This document shows positions 9,101-23,803 of a stretch of 64,000 nt of DNA, piece by piece; positions within the stretch are counted from its first letter, which is position 1, and each line of letters begins with the position of its first letter. The stretch is taken from the NCBI GenBank assembly GCA_965208675.1, contig OZ242351.1:4828039-4892038 (forward strand), given 5' to 3'. Position numbers and translations under genes: made by a program. The notes under the pieces are model-generated. The model saw only the letters and a program-made list of their open reading frames with translations, searched no databases and was not told where the DNA came from. Source of the DNA: Candidatus Poribacteria bacterium (lineage in GTDB: Bacteria; Poribacteria; WGA-4E; PCPOR2b).

Positions 9101-10696
9101 TTATTGCTCAAGCCAAATTTGCCGGAAATATTTCCACGTCGTCGGGTGTAGCTTGAGATTTTTGACTCTTTTGTTGATGATAACAATCTGTTTGGCGTGT
9201 GCGAGTGGCACCCAAGGGATGTCTCGGTGAAAGATTCGCTGGGCTTCTTTGTAAAGTTCGATGCGTTCCGCTTGATTGGTGGCTGATTGCGCTTGGACGA
9301 GGATGTCCTGCATTTCATCACTGCGATAGAAGGAGATATTGCCCGCCGGCTTTTGTGCAGCCTCTTTGCTCAAGAGGTAGTAGAAGAAGTTGTCCGGATC
9401 GCCGATGTCGGCGGACCACCCGAGCATTGCCATATCGTGTTCTCCGTATTTTGTCTTCTCCAGATACGTCCCCCAATCATACGTCACAATCTTTCCTATG
9501 ATTCCGACGCGGCGTAAATCCGATTGGATAACCGCTGCGAGGAGTCGTCCGGCGGGAATGTACGGCCGCGGCACCGGCAATGCCCATAGTGTAGTTTCAA
9601 AACCTTCTGGATAACCCGCTTCTTTGAGTAATTGTTTTGCTTTTTCGGGATTATACGTGTATTCCTCAATCGAATCATCGTAACTCCACATCGTCGGCGG
9701 GATAGGGTTTTTGGCGGGAATTCCCATCCCTTGATACAATTGCTTGATAATTTCGTGCTTGTTTATAGCATGATTGACGGCGCGGCGTATCTTAAGGTTG
9801 TCGAACGGCTTTCTATCCATGTTCATTGCTAAATAACCGACGTTCATCCCGGGCTGCTCAACGATTTCAAGTTGAGTATCCTCGCGAATCTGTGGTAGGT
9901 CATCGGGGTTGGGAAACTCCATCGCGTCAATACTCCCATTTTGCAGTTCTATGAGTCGCACCGAATTGTCAGGAATCGATCGGAAAATAATTCGGTCAAG
10001 CGGCGGGCGGCCGCCCCAATAGTCGTGGTTTACTTCGAGGACAACCTTATCGCCACGATCCCAGCGTACGAATTTGAACGGTCCCGTGCCGACGGGACGG
10101 TTGGTAAAATTTTCCAGGGATTCGCGTGCTGAGGCTGGACTAACGATCGAAAAGGGCGTCATCGCAATAGTATAAATGAAAGGTGCGTATGGGCGTGTGA
10201 GGGTTATCTGGACCGTGAAACGATCCACCGCGGTGACTTTATCTACGATTTCAGCAAGTCCGGTGTCAGACCAGTAGATATAAGGTCCCCCGACATTATG
10301 GAAAGGGTGAGCGGAATTGTGCTGCCGGTTGAGGGAAAAAAGCACAGCCGCGGCGTCGAACGGTGTTCCGTCATGAAACTTGACATCTTTTCTAAGATGG
10401 AACGTCCAGGACAGTCCATCAGAAGAGGCTTCCCACGAACTTGCCAACGCCGGTTCGACTTCGGTGCTCTCATCCTTGTATTGTATTAGTGTGTCGTAGA
10501 TGGCGCCGCATACCTTGAAGGACTCTCCATCTTCTTCATGCGCAGGGTCCAACCCGACAGAGTCGCCTCCGCGACCAAAGATAAGCGTACCGCCGACTAT
10601 CGGTCGTGCACCCTCCGTACATATTGGTAGGGCGAGTGCCCAGAGAAGCGCAGTGAATAAGACTATATTACAAGTTTTGATGCCATGTTTTCCCAT
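9101..10696 (-). CDS. dppA: Dipeptide ABC transporter substrate-binding protein (family 5)
   Basis: PALASSWEASSDGLSWTFHLRKDVKFHDGTPF, PVGTGPFKF, PVPRPY, GWSADIGDPDNF. Confidence 0.9.
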   Translation of the reverse strand: MGKHGIKTCNIVLFTALLWALALPICTEGARPIVGGTLIFGRGGDSVGLDPAHEEDGESFKVCGAIYDTLIQYKDESTEVEPALASSWEASSDGLSWTFHLRKDVKFHDGTPFDAAAVLFSLNRQHNSAHPFHNVGGPYIYWSDTGLAEIVDKVTAVDRFTVQITLTRPYAPFIYTIAMTPFSIVSPASARESLENFTNRPVGTGPFKFVRWDRGDKVVLEVNHDYWGGRPPLDRIIFRSIPDNSVRLIELQNGSIDAMEFPNPDDLPQIREDTQLEIVEQPGMNVGYLAMNMDRKPFDNLKIRRAVNHAINKHEIIKQLYQGMGIPAKNPIPPTMWSYDDSIEEYTYNPEKAKQLLKEAGYPEGFETTLWALPVPRPYIPAGRLLAAVIQSDLRRVGIIGKIVTYDWGTYLEKTKYGEHDMAMLGWSADIGDPDNFFYYLLSKEAAQKPAGNISFYRSDEMQDILVQAQSATNQAERIELYKEAQRIFHRDIPWVPLAHAKQIVIINKRVKNLKLHPTTWKYFRQIWLEQ

Positions 10697-10708
10697 AGAG
10701 TTTTTACC

Positions 10709-11731
10709 TCACCATTTAATATGAAAAACCTTGTTCTGGTTTGCCGACTCGTAGCCGCCAAACACGAGCTCAAGCGTTTTCAAGTTATCAGCGCCAGATG
10801 TACACGGCTCGAGTCCGCGGTGTAAGCAGTCTACCCAATGTTTCTGGGTATTCATGACACTTTCAGCAAGTGCCCCGCCCAACGGGCTATCCCAAGAATA
10901 TTGGGAAGGCGGCAAATGGTAGTGGTTAAGTCGCTTTCGCGATACAACACTGAGTTGATAGTCGCGCCGAATTTCCAGTGACCCGCAATCTCCTTCGATT
11001 CGCACCGGTATATGTATGATTTCATCATGCTCTACGGCTGATACGTAGTGCATATTTGCGACGCTGGTTCGGTTCTCATGTCGAAGCAGGGCGACAGCGA
11101 CATCTTCGCCGCGAATGTCCGGGTTGATACGATGGATTTGTGCGGAAAAGCTGGTGACTTCTCCCATAAAGAACCTCACGAGATCGAACATATGCACCCC
11201 CATATCCAAAAGAACCATCCGTTCTTCCGTAGCAAGGTAAGGTTGATTAGGGTAAACATCGTACCCGGTACGGAAAGACATTTGAGCGAAGAACGGGATG
11301 CCAATTTCGCCCGCGTCAATAATCTGTTTCGCATGTTGGATGATGCCTTGCCATCGGATATTCTCGTGCACCATAAAGGATAGGCCTGCAGATTGGCAAA
11401 CGTCGACCATCGCGGTCGCATCTTCCAACGACATGGCCATCGGCTTTTGGCAGATTACATGCCTGCCATAAAGGGCAGCCATTTCCACGAGTTCACGGTG
11501 GGTCGGTGGCGCCGTGACGATGTCAACGAAGTCGAGCGGTTCGTTTGCAAGCATCTCTTCAGCATGCTCGTATGCATTCCCGGCGTTGAACTTTGCCGCC
11601 GCCGCGTTTGCGCGATCTGCCTGTAAATCGCAGACCGCCGCAAGCGTTACATCTTCGATTGCATTCCAAGCGGAAAGGTGATTTTGCGCGAAGAACCCGC
11701 ATCCGATTACGCCAGCGTTCAATTTTTTCAT
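10709..11731 (-). CDS. Gfo/Idh/MocA family oxidoreductase
   Basis: GVIGCGFFA Rossmann motif, CQKPMA, DMGVHMFD. Confidence 0.85.
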   Translation of the reverse strand: MKKLNAGVIGCGFFAQNHLSAWNAIEDVTLAAVCDLQADRANAAAAKFNAGNAYEHAEEMLANEPLDFVDIVTAPPTHRELVEMAALYGRHVICQKPMAMSLEDATAMVDVCQSAGLSFMVHENIRWQGIIQHAKQIIDAGEIGIPFFAQMSFRTGYDVYPNQPYLATEERMVLLDMGVHMFDLVRFFMGEVTSFSAQIHRINPDIRGEDVAVALLRHENRTSVANMHYVSAVEHDEIIHIPVRIEGDCGSLEIRRDYQLSVVSRKRLNHYHLPPSQYSWDSPLGGALAESVMNTQKHWVDCLHRGLEPCTSGADNLKTLELVFGGYESANQNKVFHIKW

Positions 11732-11759
11732 TTCGATCGCGTAAGTTTTTTATTAAGCC

Positions 11760-14702
11760 TTATGCCCGTGATTCTTGAATAGCATCACGGAAAACTTCAA
11801 TTAGATGTTTCGCCGATTTTCCCGTCCCGTGTTCAATCTGGTGCCGGCAGGAGAATCCCGCGGCGACAATTTCAAAGTCGCCTTTTTTTTCCTCGACAGC
11901 TTTGAAAAGTTCGCGGCGACCACACTCCATTGAGACCTGGTAGTGCTCAGCTTCATATCCGAACGACCCTGCCATGCCGCAACATCCAGAATCAATAACC
12001 TTCACATCGTGTCCGGTGGGCAAACTTAGAACTTGCACAGACGGTGAAATACCAATCAACGCCTTTTGGTGACAGTGACCGTGCAAAACAACATTTTTCT
12101 GCGTATCTTTAAATTGAACAGGAAATTCTCCATTCTCGTGGCATGCGAGTAAAAATTCCTCAATCATGAACGTGTGTTGTGCAACAATCTCGGCATCGCT
12201 GCCCGGGATGAGGTCCACGTAATCATCACGCAGGGCTGAGACACAACTCGGTTCACAACCGATAATGGGCGTGCCTTCGTTGGCATAAGGGAGGAGATTC
12301 TCAATATTGTATTGTGCATTCTCGATTGCATGATCGAGCATGCCTTTGGATATCATAGGCCGGCCGCAACAACGCTTGTCAGGCAATACGACTTCAAATC
12401 CCGCGGCTTCAAGCACTGTTACTGCGGCTTTTCCAATTTGGGGTTCGTTAAAATTCATGAAGGTGTCATGAAATAACACGACCTGCTTACGGTTTACCGC
12501 GTAATTTCCCGGCATTCGTTTTGCATACCACTTTTGAAAGGATTCCCGAGCGAAGGCCGGTAGCGTTCGTCGCCGGTCAATGCCAATGGTTCTTTCCATC
12601 GCCCATTTCGAGGCGCGGTTATTCGCTAACCAGTTTGATACTGGAGCCGTCGCTGATCCAATTGCACTTAGCGTGGCGATATTTCCAAATATCCTGTTGC
12701 GGAGAGGTAGACCGTTTGCATTGTGATAGTGAGCCAAAAATTCGTATTTGAGTTTCGCCATGTCCACGTTTGACGCGCATTCTGCCTTACATCCTTTACA
12801 CTCCAAACAAAGACTTAGCACGTCGTACAACCGCCTGTCTTTGAATTGTTCCGCTGGTAATTTTCCGGACAGCACAGCCCGAAGCACGTTTGCCCGGCCG
12901 CGTGTGGAATGCTCTTCCTCCATCGTCACCATAAAGGAGGGGCACATTGTGCCGCCGAGTTTCTTGCGGCACGCTCCAACACCGTTACACATCTCAATTG
13001 CACCGGAAAACCCACCTTGACTGGAAAAGTCAAAGTAGCTGTCAATCTGAATTGTCCGGTAATTTTCACCGTAGCGCAGGTTTTCCGTCATCGGCGGCGA
13101 GTCTATTATTTTACCCGGGTTCATAATGCCCTTTGGATCAAATGCGGTTTTGACTTGGCGAAACGCATTGTAGATTTGCGCCCCAAATGTAGTTTCAATC
13201 CATTCGCTTCGCACAAGCCCGTCACCATGTTCGCCGCTCATCGTACCACCAAACTCCAACGTTAAATCCAGAACGCGGCATGCGATGCTGCGCATTTTTT
13301 GAATTTCGACCTTTTGCTTTAGATTAATTACCGGTCGGATGTGCAAAAGTCCAACACTCGCATGGGCATAATAGACCGCTGTTGTGTTGTGATCGGCGAG
13401 GAGTTTTTCAAAGAGACGGACATATTCGGGTAAACTATCTACGGGGATTGCGGCGTCTTCTACAAAGGGTATCGGTTTGTAATCTCCTTTCATACCCATC
13501 ATCAACCCAAGCCCCGCCTTGCGAATATTCCATACTTGCGATTGCTCAAAGGTAGTCATGCATCGGACAAACGCATAACCTAATCCAATCGAATTTAGTT
13601 TACGTTCGAGCGTATCGAGTTTGTCTACCAACTCGTTATCGGACTCACCATAAAACTCTACAGCAAGAATTGCCGCTGGATCGCCTTGTATGAAAGTTCG
13701 TAGGCGTGAATATTCTAGCGATCCTTTTGTCATATCAAGGATGGTTTTATCTACTAGCTCTACAGCGGAGGGGTGACACTCGAGAATTGTATTCACAGCT
13801 TCCATCGATTCCATTAGTGTATCGAAATGGATTGCGACGACGGATGTCTTCGTGGGACGCGGCACAAGGTTAATCTTAGCTTCGACCGTAGTGGCAAGTG
13901 TTCCTTCAGATCCAACGACGATTTTGGCTAAGTTGAACGGACGTTCAACGTCCCAGCTAGACCGCCTGTACGGCGTTACCTCTTTTGAACCGGCATTCGG
14001 AATGAACTCATCAAGGTTATATCCGGAGACGCGGCGCAAAATGCGTGGAAACCGCTCTCGAATTTCTTGGGAGTTTTCCGCAGTTATACGGCATATTTCA
14101 CGATATAAATGGCTTTCACGAGAGTTTCCCTGCTTTTTAACCGCGAGCTCGTCGAGCGAGACGGGTTCAGCCGTAATCTCTTCGCCGTCGGGAAGAACCA
14201 GTTCTAAAGATATTACATGATCAATCGTTTTACCGTAAATTAAAGAGTGGGCCCCCGCTGAGTTGTTTCCTATCATGCCCCCGACGGTCGCTTGACTGCT
14301 AGTCGACACATCCGGTGCAAACATCAGGTTATACGGTTTCAGATTGTGATTCAATTCGTCCAGAACAACCCCCGGTTGGACACGTGCCCACTGATTTTCA
14401 ATATTTACCTCAATAATGGTGTCCATGTATTTGGACATATCCATGATTATCGCTTCACCGATCGCTTGCCCTGCCAGACTCGTGCCGCCTCCGCGTGCGA
14501 GGATTGGCACATTCCGGTCATGGGCGATTTGAATAGTTGTTAGCACATCCTTCTTATGACGGGGGACGACAACGCCTATTGGATTAATTTGATAAATGCT
14601 TGCGTCTGTACTGTATAATACTTTAGAATAAAGATCGAAGCGCACTTCACCTTCAATTTGATTGGTCAGTAGGTGTTCAAGTTCGTTGGATGAATTATAC
14701 AT
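11760..14702 (-). CDS. FAD-linked oxidase fused to 4Fe-4S/CCG domains (GlcD-GlcF/YdiJ-like 2-hydroxyacid dehydrogenase)
   Basis: RGGGTSLAGQ, GSEGTL, SGEHGDG, CNGVGAC, CLECKGCKAEC, CCGRP, HGHCHQKA, CCGMAGSFG. Confidence 0.85.
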   Translation of the reverse strand: MYNSSNELEHLLTNQIEGEVRFDLYSKVLYSTDASIYQINPIGVVVPRHKKDVLTTIQIAHDRNVPILARGGGTSLAGQAIGEAIIMDMSKYMDTIIEVNIENQWARVQPGVVLDELNHNLKPYNLMFAPDVSTSSQATVGGMIGNNSAGAHSLIYGKTIDHVISLELVLPDGEEITAEPVSLDELAVKKQGNSRESHLYREICRITAENSQEIRERFPRILRRVSGYNLDEFIPNAGSKEVTPYRRSSWDVERPFNLAKIVVGSEGTLATTVEAKINLVPRPTKTSVVAIHFDTLMESMEAVNTILECHPSAVELVDKTILDMTKGSLEYSRLRTFIQGDPAAILAVEFYGESDNELVDKLDTLERKLNSIGLGYAFVRCMTTFEQSQVWNIRKAGLGLMMGMKGDYKPIPFVEDAAIPVDSLPEYVRLFEKLLADHNTTAVYYAHASVGLLHIRPVINLKQKVEIQKMRSIACRVLDLTLEFGGTMSGEHGDGLVRSEWIETTFGAQIYNAFRQVKTAFDPKGIMNPGKIIDSPPMTENLRYGENYRTIQIDSYFDFSSQGGFSGAIEMCNGVGACRKKLGGTMCPSFMVTMEEEHSTRGRANVLRAVLSGKLPAEQFKDRRLYDVLSLCLECKGCKAECASNVDMAKLKYEFLAHYHNANGLPLRNRIFGNIATLSAIGSATAPVSNWLANNRASKWAMERTIGIDRRRTLPAFARESFQKWYAKRMPGNYAVNRKQVVLFHDTFMNFNEPQIGKAAVTVLEAAGFEVVLPDKRCCGRPMISKGMLDHAIENAQYNIENLLPYANEGTPIIGCEPSCVSALRDDYVDLIPGSDAEIVAQHTFMIEEFLLACHENGEFPVQFKDTQKNVVLHGHCHQKALIGISPSVQVLSLPTGHDVKVIDSGCCGMAGSFGYEAEHYQVSMECGRRELFKAVEEKKGDFEIVAAGFSCRHQIEHGTGKSAKHLIEVFRDAIQESRA

Positions 14703-14888
14703 AAAGACTGTATTCGCACCCCGATAGCCGTTCTTCCCGTTGATGCACTCTGCAATTTCTGTACGTGGGGTTTGGGATTGTAGTAGGCGTTGTATTTCCT
14801 GGGGCCGCTGACCTGATTGATTGGTTAACAGTTAAGATTGAGGGCTGCGTGGTAAAAGTGATTTTGAATCCACTCACAAATGCTAAAC

Positions 14889-15707
14889 CTATGAAGACGA
14901 TAGGGGTTCCATACCCAACTTTTGACAAATTCTTTTCACGCCTGTTAGCCGCGGATAAAGCTCGAACGCCGTTTTTAGCATCCGTTCTGCCTGGATATGC
15001 CGGTTAATATCGAAATAAAATTCCGCGAGCTTTTTATAAATCCACGCTGTTTCACGTTTTGACAGGTCGAGGGCATGGACTTTTTCTAGGTCGATGGGAA
15101 TATCTTCTAGACACTGCGGATGGGTAAGATTGTAAAAATAGACCTGTTTAAGCCGCGCTTTAATTTCATCTGTAAAATGGCGAAAAAACAAGCGGCGCTT
15201 TTCATGTGAAATTAACGATTCATAAATTCGCATCGCCGTTCGGTAGTTGCCGAGGGCATAGTAGGCTTCTGCTATAAGGAATTCGCAGTCTCGACTGTCC
15301 GCGTAGCTTAGAAAATCATCAATATGAAAATTTTTATCCTCACGCAGTAGCTGTTCATAAATCCGGATGCCAGCCTCATCATTTCGGTTAAGCAACTCCT
15401 GAAACATCAGTTCGTATTTTTGCCGTTTTTGTTTTGCCCTTCTAAGGTTCTTAAGATAGGCAACCTTCAATTGTTCCTCATCGTCCAAGGCGTCTAATGT
15501 CATGTCGTATTTCAATCTCTGCTGGGAATAGCATAGTGTATCGTAAGCCGTACAGATTTGATGGAACATCCGCTCGGCAAATTCCTCGCGCCCCGGGTTC
15601 TTATCAGGATGATATCGCTTCGCCAGCTTACGGAATGCCCTTTTGATTTCCGCTGCTGTCGCTTTGCGATGGACTTCCAATATACGATAGTAGTTTGGAA
15701 TATGCAT
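14889..15707 (-). CDS. J-domain protein with TPR-like C-terminus
   Basis: NYYRILEV...IKRAFRKLAKRYHPDKN (HPD motif); helical TPR-like segments IAEAYYALGNY and YKKLAEFY. Confidence 0.8.
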   Translation of the reverse strand: MHIPNYYRILEVHRKATAAEIKRAFRKLAKRYHPDKNPGREEFAERMFHQICTAYDTLCYSQQRLKYDMTLDALDDEEQLKVAYLKNLRRAKQKRQKYELMFQELLNRNDEAGIRIYEQLLREDKNFHIDDFLSYADSRDCEFLIAEAYYALGNYRTAMRIYESLISHEKRRLFFRHFTDEIKARLKQVYFYNLTHPQCLEDIPIDLEKVHALDLSKRETAWIYKKLAEFYFDINRHIQAERMLKTAFELYPRLTGVKRICQKLGMEPLSSS

Positions 15708-15967
15708 CTGGATTATGAATGACTTTCTTTAGTCTTTACTAAACTAGCTGTCTGTAGAAGAATTTCATCGGTGTAATTTGTATTTTCCTATAATCTCACA
15801 GCGGCAATATTTTGTCAAGGCAAACTTCTGTGCTCTACACGCCACGCTAAATCCGAAAGCCGCGTGTCCGCGGAAATTGGTTTTACCATCATGGACATGG
15901 ACGACAGTCGGCTGTTATTGGGATTTCGAGGCGCTTGAGAAAATCTCAAAAATAATTTGATTTTGCC

Positions 15968-15996
15968 TTGACAGCGAATACCATGCGTGTTATAAT
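15968..15996 (+). promoter_or_regulatory. rrn promoter
   Basis: Consensus TTGACA-17bp-TATAAT about 155 bp upstream of 16S; boxA-like GCTCTTTGAAA at 16032-16042. Confidence 0.85.
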
Positions 15997-16151
15997 TTGC
16001 GCTACTCTGTACGTCAGAGTAGGCAACATGCGCTCTTTGAAAGCTGAATAGTTTCTCGTGACATGTCCATGATGTTAATACAAACATCAGAATTAAGAGC
16101 TTGTTAAGGCTCGTAGAGTCATTGCTGGTTCAAAAGGATCAGTACACGTTT

Positions 16152-17720
<1,569 letters not shown>

Positions 17721-17828
17721 CCTATATAGGCTATCACTTGTTGGATGACACGTGGTATGCTTAGCTCGTTTCAGTGGGCACGTTCGAGATGCTATTTAGC
17801 TTTCTTAAAGCGCTTGTTGTTTTTGTAA

Positions 17829-17905
17829 GGGCTTATAGCTCAGGCGGTTAGAGCGCGCGCCTGATAAGCGCGAGGTCTCTGGTTCGATTCCAGATAAGCC
17901 CACCA
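17829..17905 (+). tRNA. tRNA-Ile (GAT)
   Basis: GGGCTTATAGCTCAG...CTGATAA loop...GGTTCGATTCC...AAGCCCACCA. Confidence 0.95.
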
Positions 17906-17914
17906 CTCTCGTGT

Positions 17915-17988
17915 GGGGGTGTAGCTCAGTTTGGGAGAGCGTCTGCTTTGCACGCAGAAGGTCAGCGGTTCGACTCCGCTCATCTCCA
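17915..17988 (+). tRNA. tRNA-Ala (TGC), CCA not encoded
   Basis: GGGGGTGTAGCTCAG...TTTGCAC loop...GGTTCGACTCC...CATCTCCA; G3:U70 pair. Confidence 0.95.
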
Positions 17989-18060
17989 TTTGCCTGCATC
18001 TATTGCAGGCTTCGGTCTTTGACAATTGTATAGATTTGATTGATTTACTTCATAACTGTT

Positions 18061-21079
<3,019 letters not shown>

Positions 21080-21183
21080 CATTCTTGTTGAAGTAAATCT
21101 TCAAATCTATAGAGTTGTCAAATATCAGTAAACGAAACAATTGCGGGATACAGACTTAGCGTTAAAATCTTATTAGTTTATCT

Positions 21184-21300
21184 TCCGGTGACAATGGCGG
21201 AGGGGAAACACCCGTACTCATTCCGAACACGGCAGTTAAGTCCTCCAGCGCTGATGATACTTCGAGGGTAACCTTGTGGAAAAGTAGGTCGTTGCCGGGA
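21184..21300 (+). rRNA. rrf: 5S rRNA
   Basis: CCGGTGAC...CACCCGTACTCATTCCGAACACGGCAGTTAAG...AGTAGGTCGTTGCCGG. Confidence 0.93.
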
Positions 21301-21310
21301 GAATTATTCA

Positions 21311-21353
21311 GCCTGTATTGTACGAAAATCTCGTATAATACAGGTTTTTTTTT
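21311..21353 (+). terminator. rrn intrinsic terminator
   Basis: Hairpin CCTGTATTGTACGA-aaatc-TCGTATAATACAGG followed by a T9 run. Confidence 0.85.
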
Positions 21354-21574
21354 GTCCACTCCGAGGTGATTTCGTATTCGTAACAATAATTTGGTTCGTC
21401 AATCCGATTCTTGATGTGATTGGAGTGGACAGATTGGAAGTTCTTTTGGAACTCTGGACACATACCAATTCGTCTCCGGCCGATTGATGAGGTGTGTTTT
21501 CAACATTCGGGGGAGCTGTCAATGGCTCAGGACAATTAGTAGATTTTGTTTTTTTTGGGAGGGGTAAGGAGAAT

Positions 21575-22099
21575 TTAGTTGCAATCTTCCTGTTTGGAAA
21601 TTTTGATGGGCGGCGGTGCAACACGACGCACCACTTCCGGGCCCGTCAGTTCCGATAGTAAGGTATGGACGTTTTTACCAAGGATAGGGTGAACTACATC
21701 CGGTGCGATTTCGGCGAAAGGAAGGAGCACAAAACGGCGACGCTGCATTTCAGGATGCGGCACTGACAATTCGGGCGTGTCAACACATTGGTCGCCAAAG
21801 ATTAAGAGGTCTAGATCGATCTCTCTGGGTCCCCAGCGGGACCGCTGCTCCCGTCCAATTTGATTTTCAAATGTCTTTAACAAAGCCAAAAGCGGGCGAG
21901 GTAAAACCTTGGTTTCAATGGCGATGACGCCGTTAATAAACCAATGCTGGTTCTCATACCCGACAGGTTCAGTCTCATAGAGAGAGGATATTTGCATCGG
22001 CGCAACGCCTTCCGCTTCTAGCAGCAGGTGTAATGCGCGATTGATGTGAGCAAATCGATCTCCGATGTTCGCTCCAAAACCGATATAGACATCTGCCAT
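21575..22099 (-). CDS. folK: 2-amino-4-hydroxy-6-hydroxymethyldihydropteridine pyrophosphokinase
   Basis: YIGFGANIGD, SSLYETEP, RWGPREIDLDLL, VPHPEM..RRFVL.P. Confidence 0.95.
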   Translation of the reverse strand: MADVYIGFGANIGDRFAHINRALHLLLEAEGVAPMQISSLYETEPVGYENQHWFINGVIAIETKVLPRPLLALLKTFENQIGREQRSRWGPREIDLDLLIFGDQCVDTPELSVPHPEMQRRRFVLLPFAEIAPDVVHPILGKNVHTLLSELTGPEVVRRVAPPPIKISKQEDCN

Positions 22100-22161
22100 A
22101 TTTCAATTGAGAATTGTGCAGTTCAGAATTTGCGATTAATCCTGGTATATTTTTCAGGGTT

Positions 22162-23013
22162 CTATTTTTCCAATCCAAGGAGGCGCGCTGCGGTGGCATA
22201 CAAAACTTTGTGCTTTACGTGGTCGTCGCGAAAGGGCAGTCTGTGGAAGTCATTCACACTTTCTGGTAGTGGTCGTGTCGGGTAAGCAGTTCCAAAAACG
22301 ATTCGATCTTCCAGCAGCAAGTTTGCTGCACGGACATATTCGAGGCCGCCAGGCATCTCAGGATATATCATATACATATCCGGGGACACATATACGTTGG
22401 GGCAAGAGTAAGCAACTGCAATTGCTTGATGTACCCACGGCCATCCGCCGTGGCACATGATCAGTGTAAGCCCGGGAAAGTCCCTGGCGACGCGTTGGAT
22501 GGCGATAGGATTGACGTATGTATAGTCAGGGCCCATGAGACCTCCTCCGGATATGGCCGCAATGATTCCCAGACGTTCCGCCTCTGCATAGAGCGGGTAA
22601 TACACACGGTCATCCGCTGCACGTGCTGGGGCTGATCCCATGGGTTCCAGGTGAATTCCCGGCATCTTGGGGTGTTGAGCAACCTGACGCAGTTCATCAA
22701 GAGACTCTCGCGGACGGACACTATTTACCCCAGGGAATCCCACAAAGCGATTCGGATATGCATCGACGAGTTCATAAATGTCCTCGTTTGCAATTGTGCC
22801 GTACTGTTCATCTGCCAACCGACCCATGACGACTCCCCACCGAATTCCCGCCTCATCCATCTCTTGGATGAGCAGGTCCATTGATCGTTCTGTGGCTGAA
22901 CGCGGACGCTCGGCTCCTTTAATCTCTGGCGCATAACTGCCCGGCGGAAAATTATAAACAGCCAGACTAGGAATGCTCTTCCACGGCGGCCGCAGCCGCA
23001 TATCAATAATCAT
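22162..23013 (-). CDS. Amidohydrolase_2 family protein
   Basis: IIDMRLRPP, YPNRFVGF, HGGWPW, FGTAYP, LYATAARLL. Confidence 0.8.
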   Translation of the reverse strand: MIIDMRLRPPWKSIPSLAVYNFPPGSYAPEIKGAERPRSATERSMDLLIQEMDEAGIRWGVVMGRLADEQYGTIANEDIYELVDAYPNRFVGFPGVNSVRPRESLDELRQVAQHPKMPGIHLEPMGSAPARAADDRVYYPLYAEAERLGIIAAISGGGLMGPDYTYVNPIAIQRVARDFPGLTLIMCHGGWPWVHQAIAVAYSCPNVYVSPDMYMIYPEMPGGLEYVRAANLLLEDRIVFGTAYPTRPLPESVNDFHRLPFRDDHVKHKVLYATAARLLGLEK

Positions 23014-23803
23014 CTGACAATTCCTCCCTTAATTCTGTAAGAATGCGGCAACCTCCCCGCCGCCATTTTGTTCCCGTCTCTACACGGAGGGAATTAAGTA
23101 AGGCAACGAGGGTATTCATTGTGTGGATCATTAGAACTTTACAATCTACGACACGGTGTACCGTTTTACACCGCCGTTTGTGTGAAAATGTATGCCATTA
23201 ACATGCGCGAATTTCGAAGTGAACCAGAAAGGCAAGTGCTTCCTTCGCTTAACCAAGCTTTACCGACTGAATGCGCATCGTTGACGGAAGTTGAATACGC
23301 AACCATGTTGGTGATTGTGTGTCCCGTCCGTGTTGATGTGTTCCGGCAAACCCGACGTGTCCACATCACCACCGATGAAATATGTGTGATTGTAAAGTTG
23401 AACGCCGCTGCATCTGGTTAGGTGTACGCCTCGACATCATCATGATGATGTGATGAGCGAATTCCCAAGATTTTTTTGCGTGTGTTATTCTCACTGAGTA
23501 CGCGTCGTTGTCCAGTACGGCTTGGCTCAGAAAGTACGCCGGACCTACTAACGGAACGTCAATGTTTCCGAAGGCATGGACTTCATAACCACCCACAACG
23601 GCGGTGCCTGATTTTGAATCCCTTGTTTTGACAAGCATGTATTTCCAGCGGACGCGGGTGCTTCCTCAAATTTACCCGACTTAATTATTAAGTGGTGCAA
23701 GAGCAAACGAATGATTTCGCAAAATCTCGGTTGCTTTTAGCGCTTAGCGCTTTCCTTTGCTCGCGCGTTTGTGAGTCGCCCGCCGTTTGGATTTCAGTAC
23801 ATC

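Noticed and set aside
14695-14928. 77-aa ORF bridging the J-domain gene and the FAD oxidase
   Set aside because: Overlaps both neighbours and has no motif; cannot be supported.
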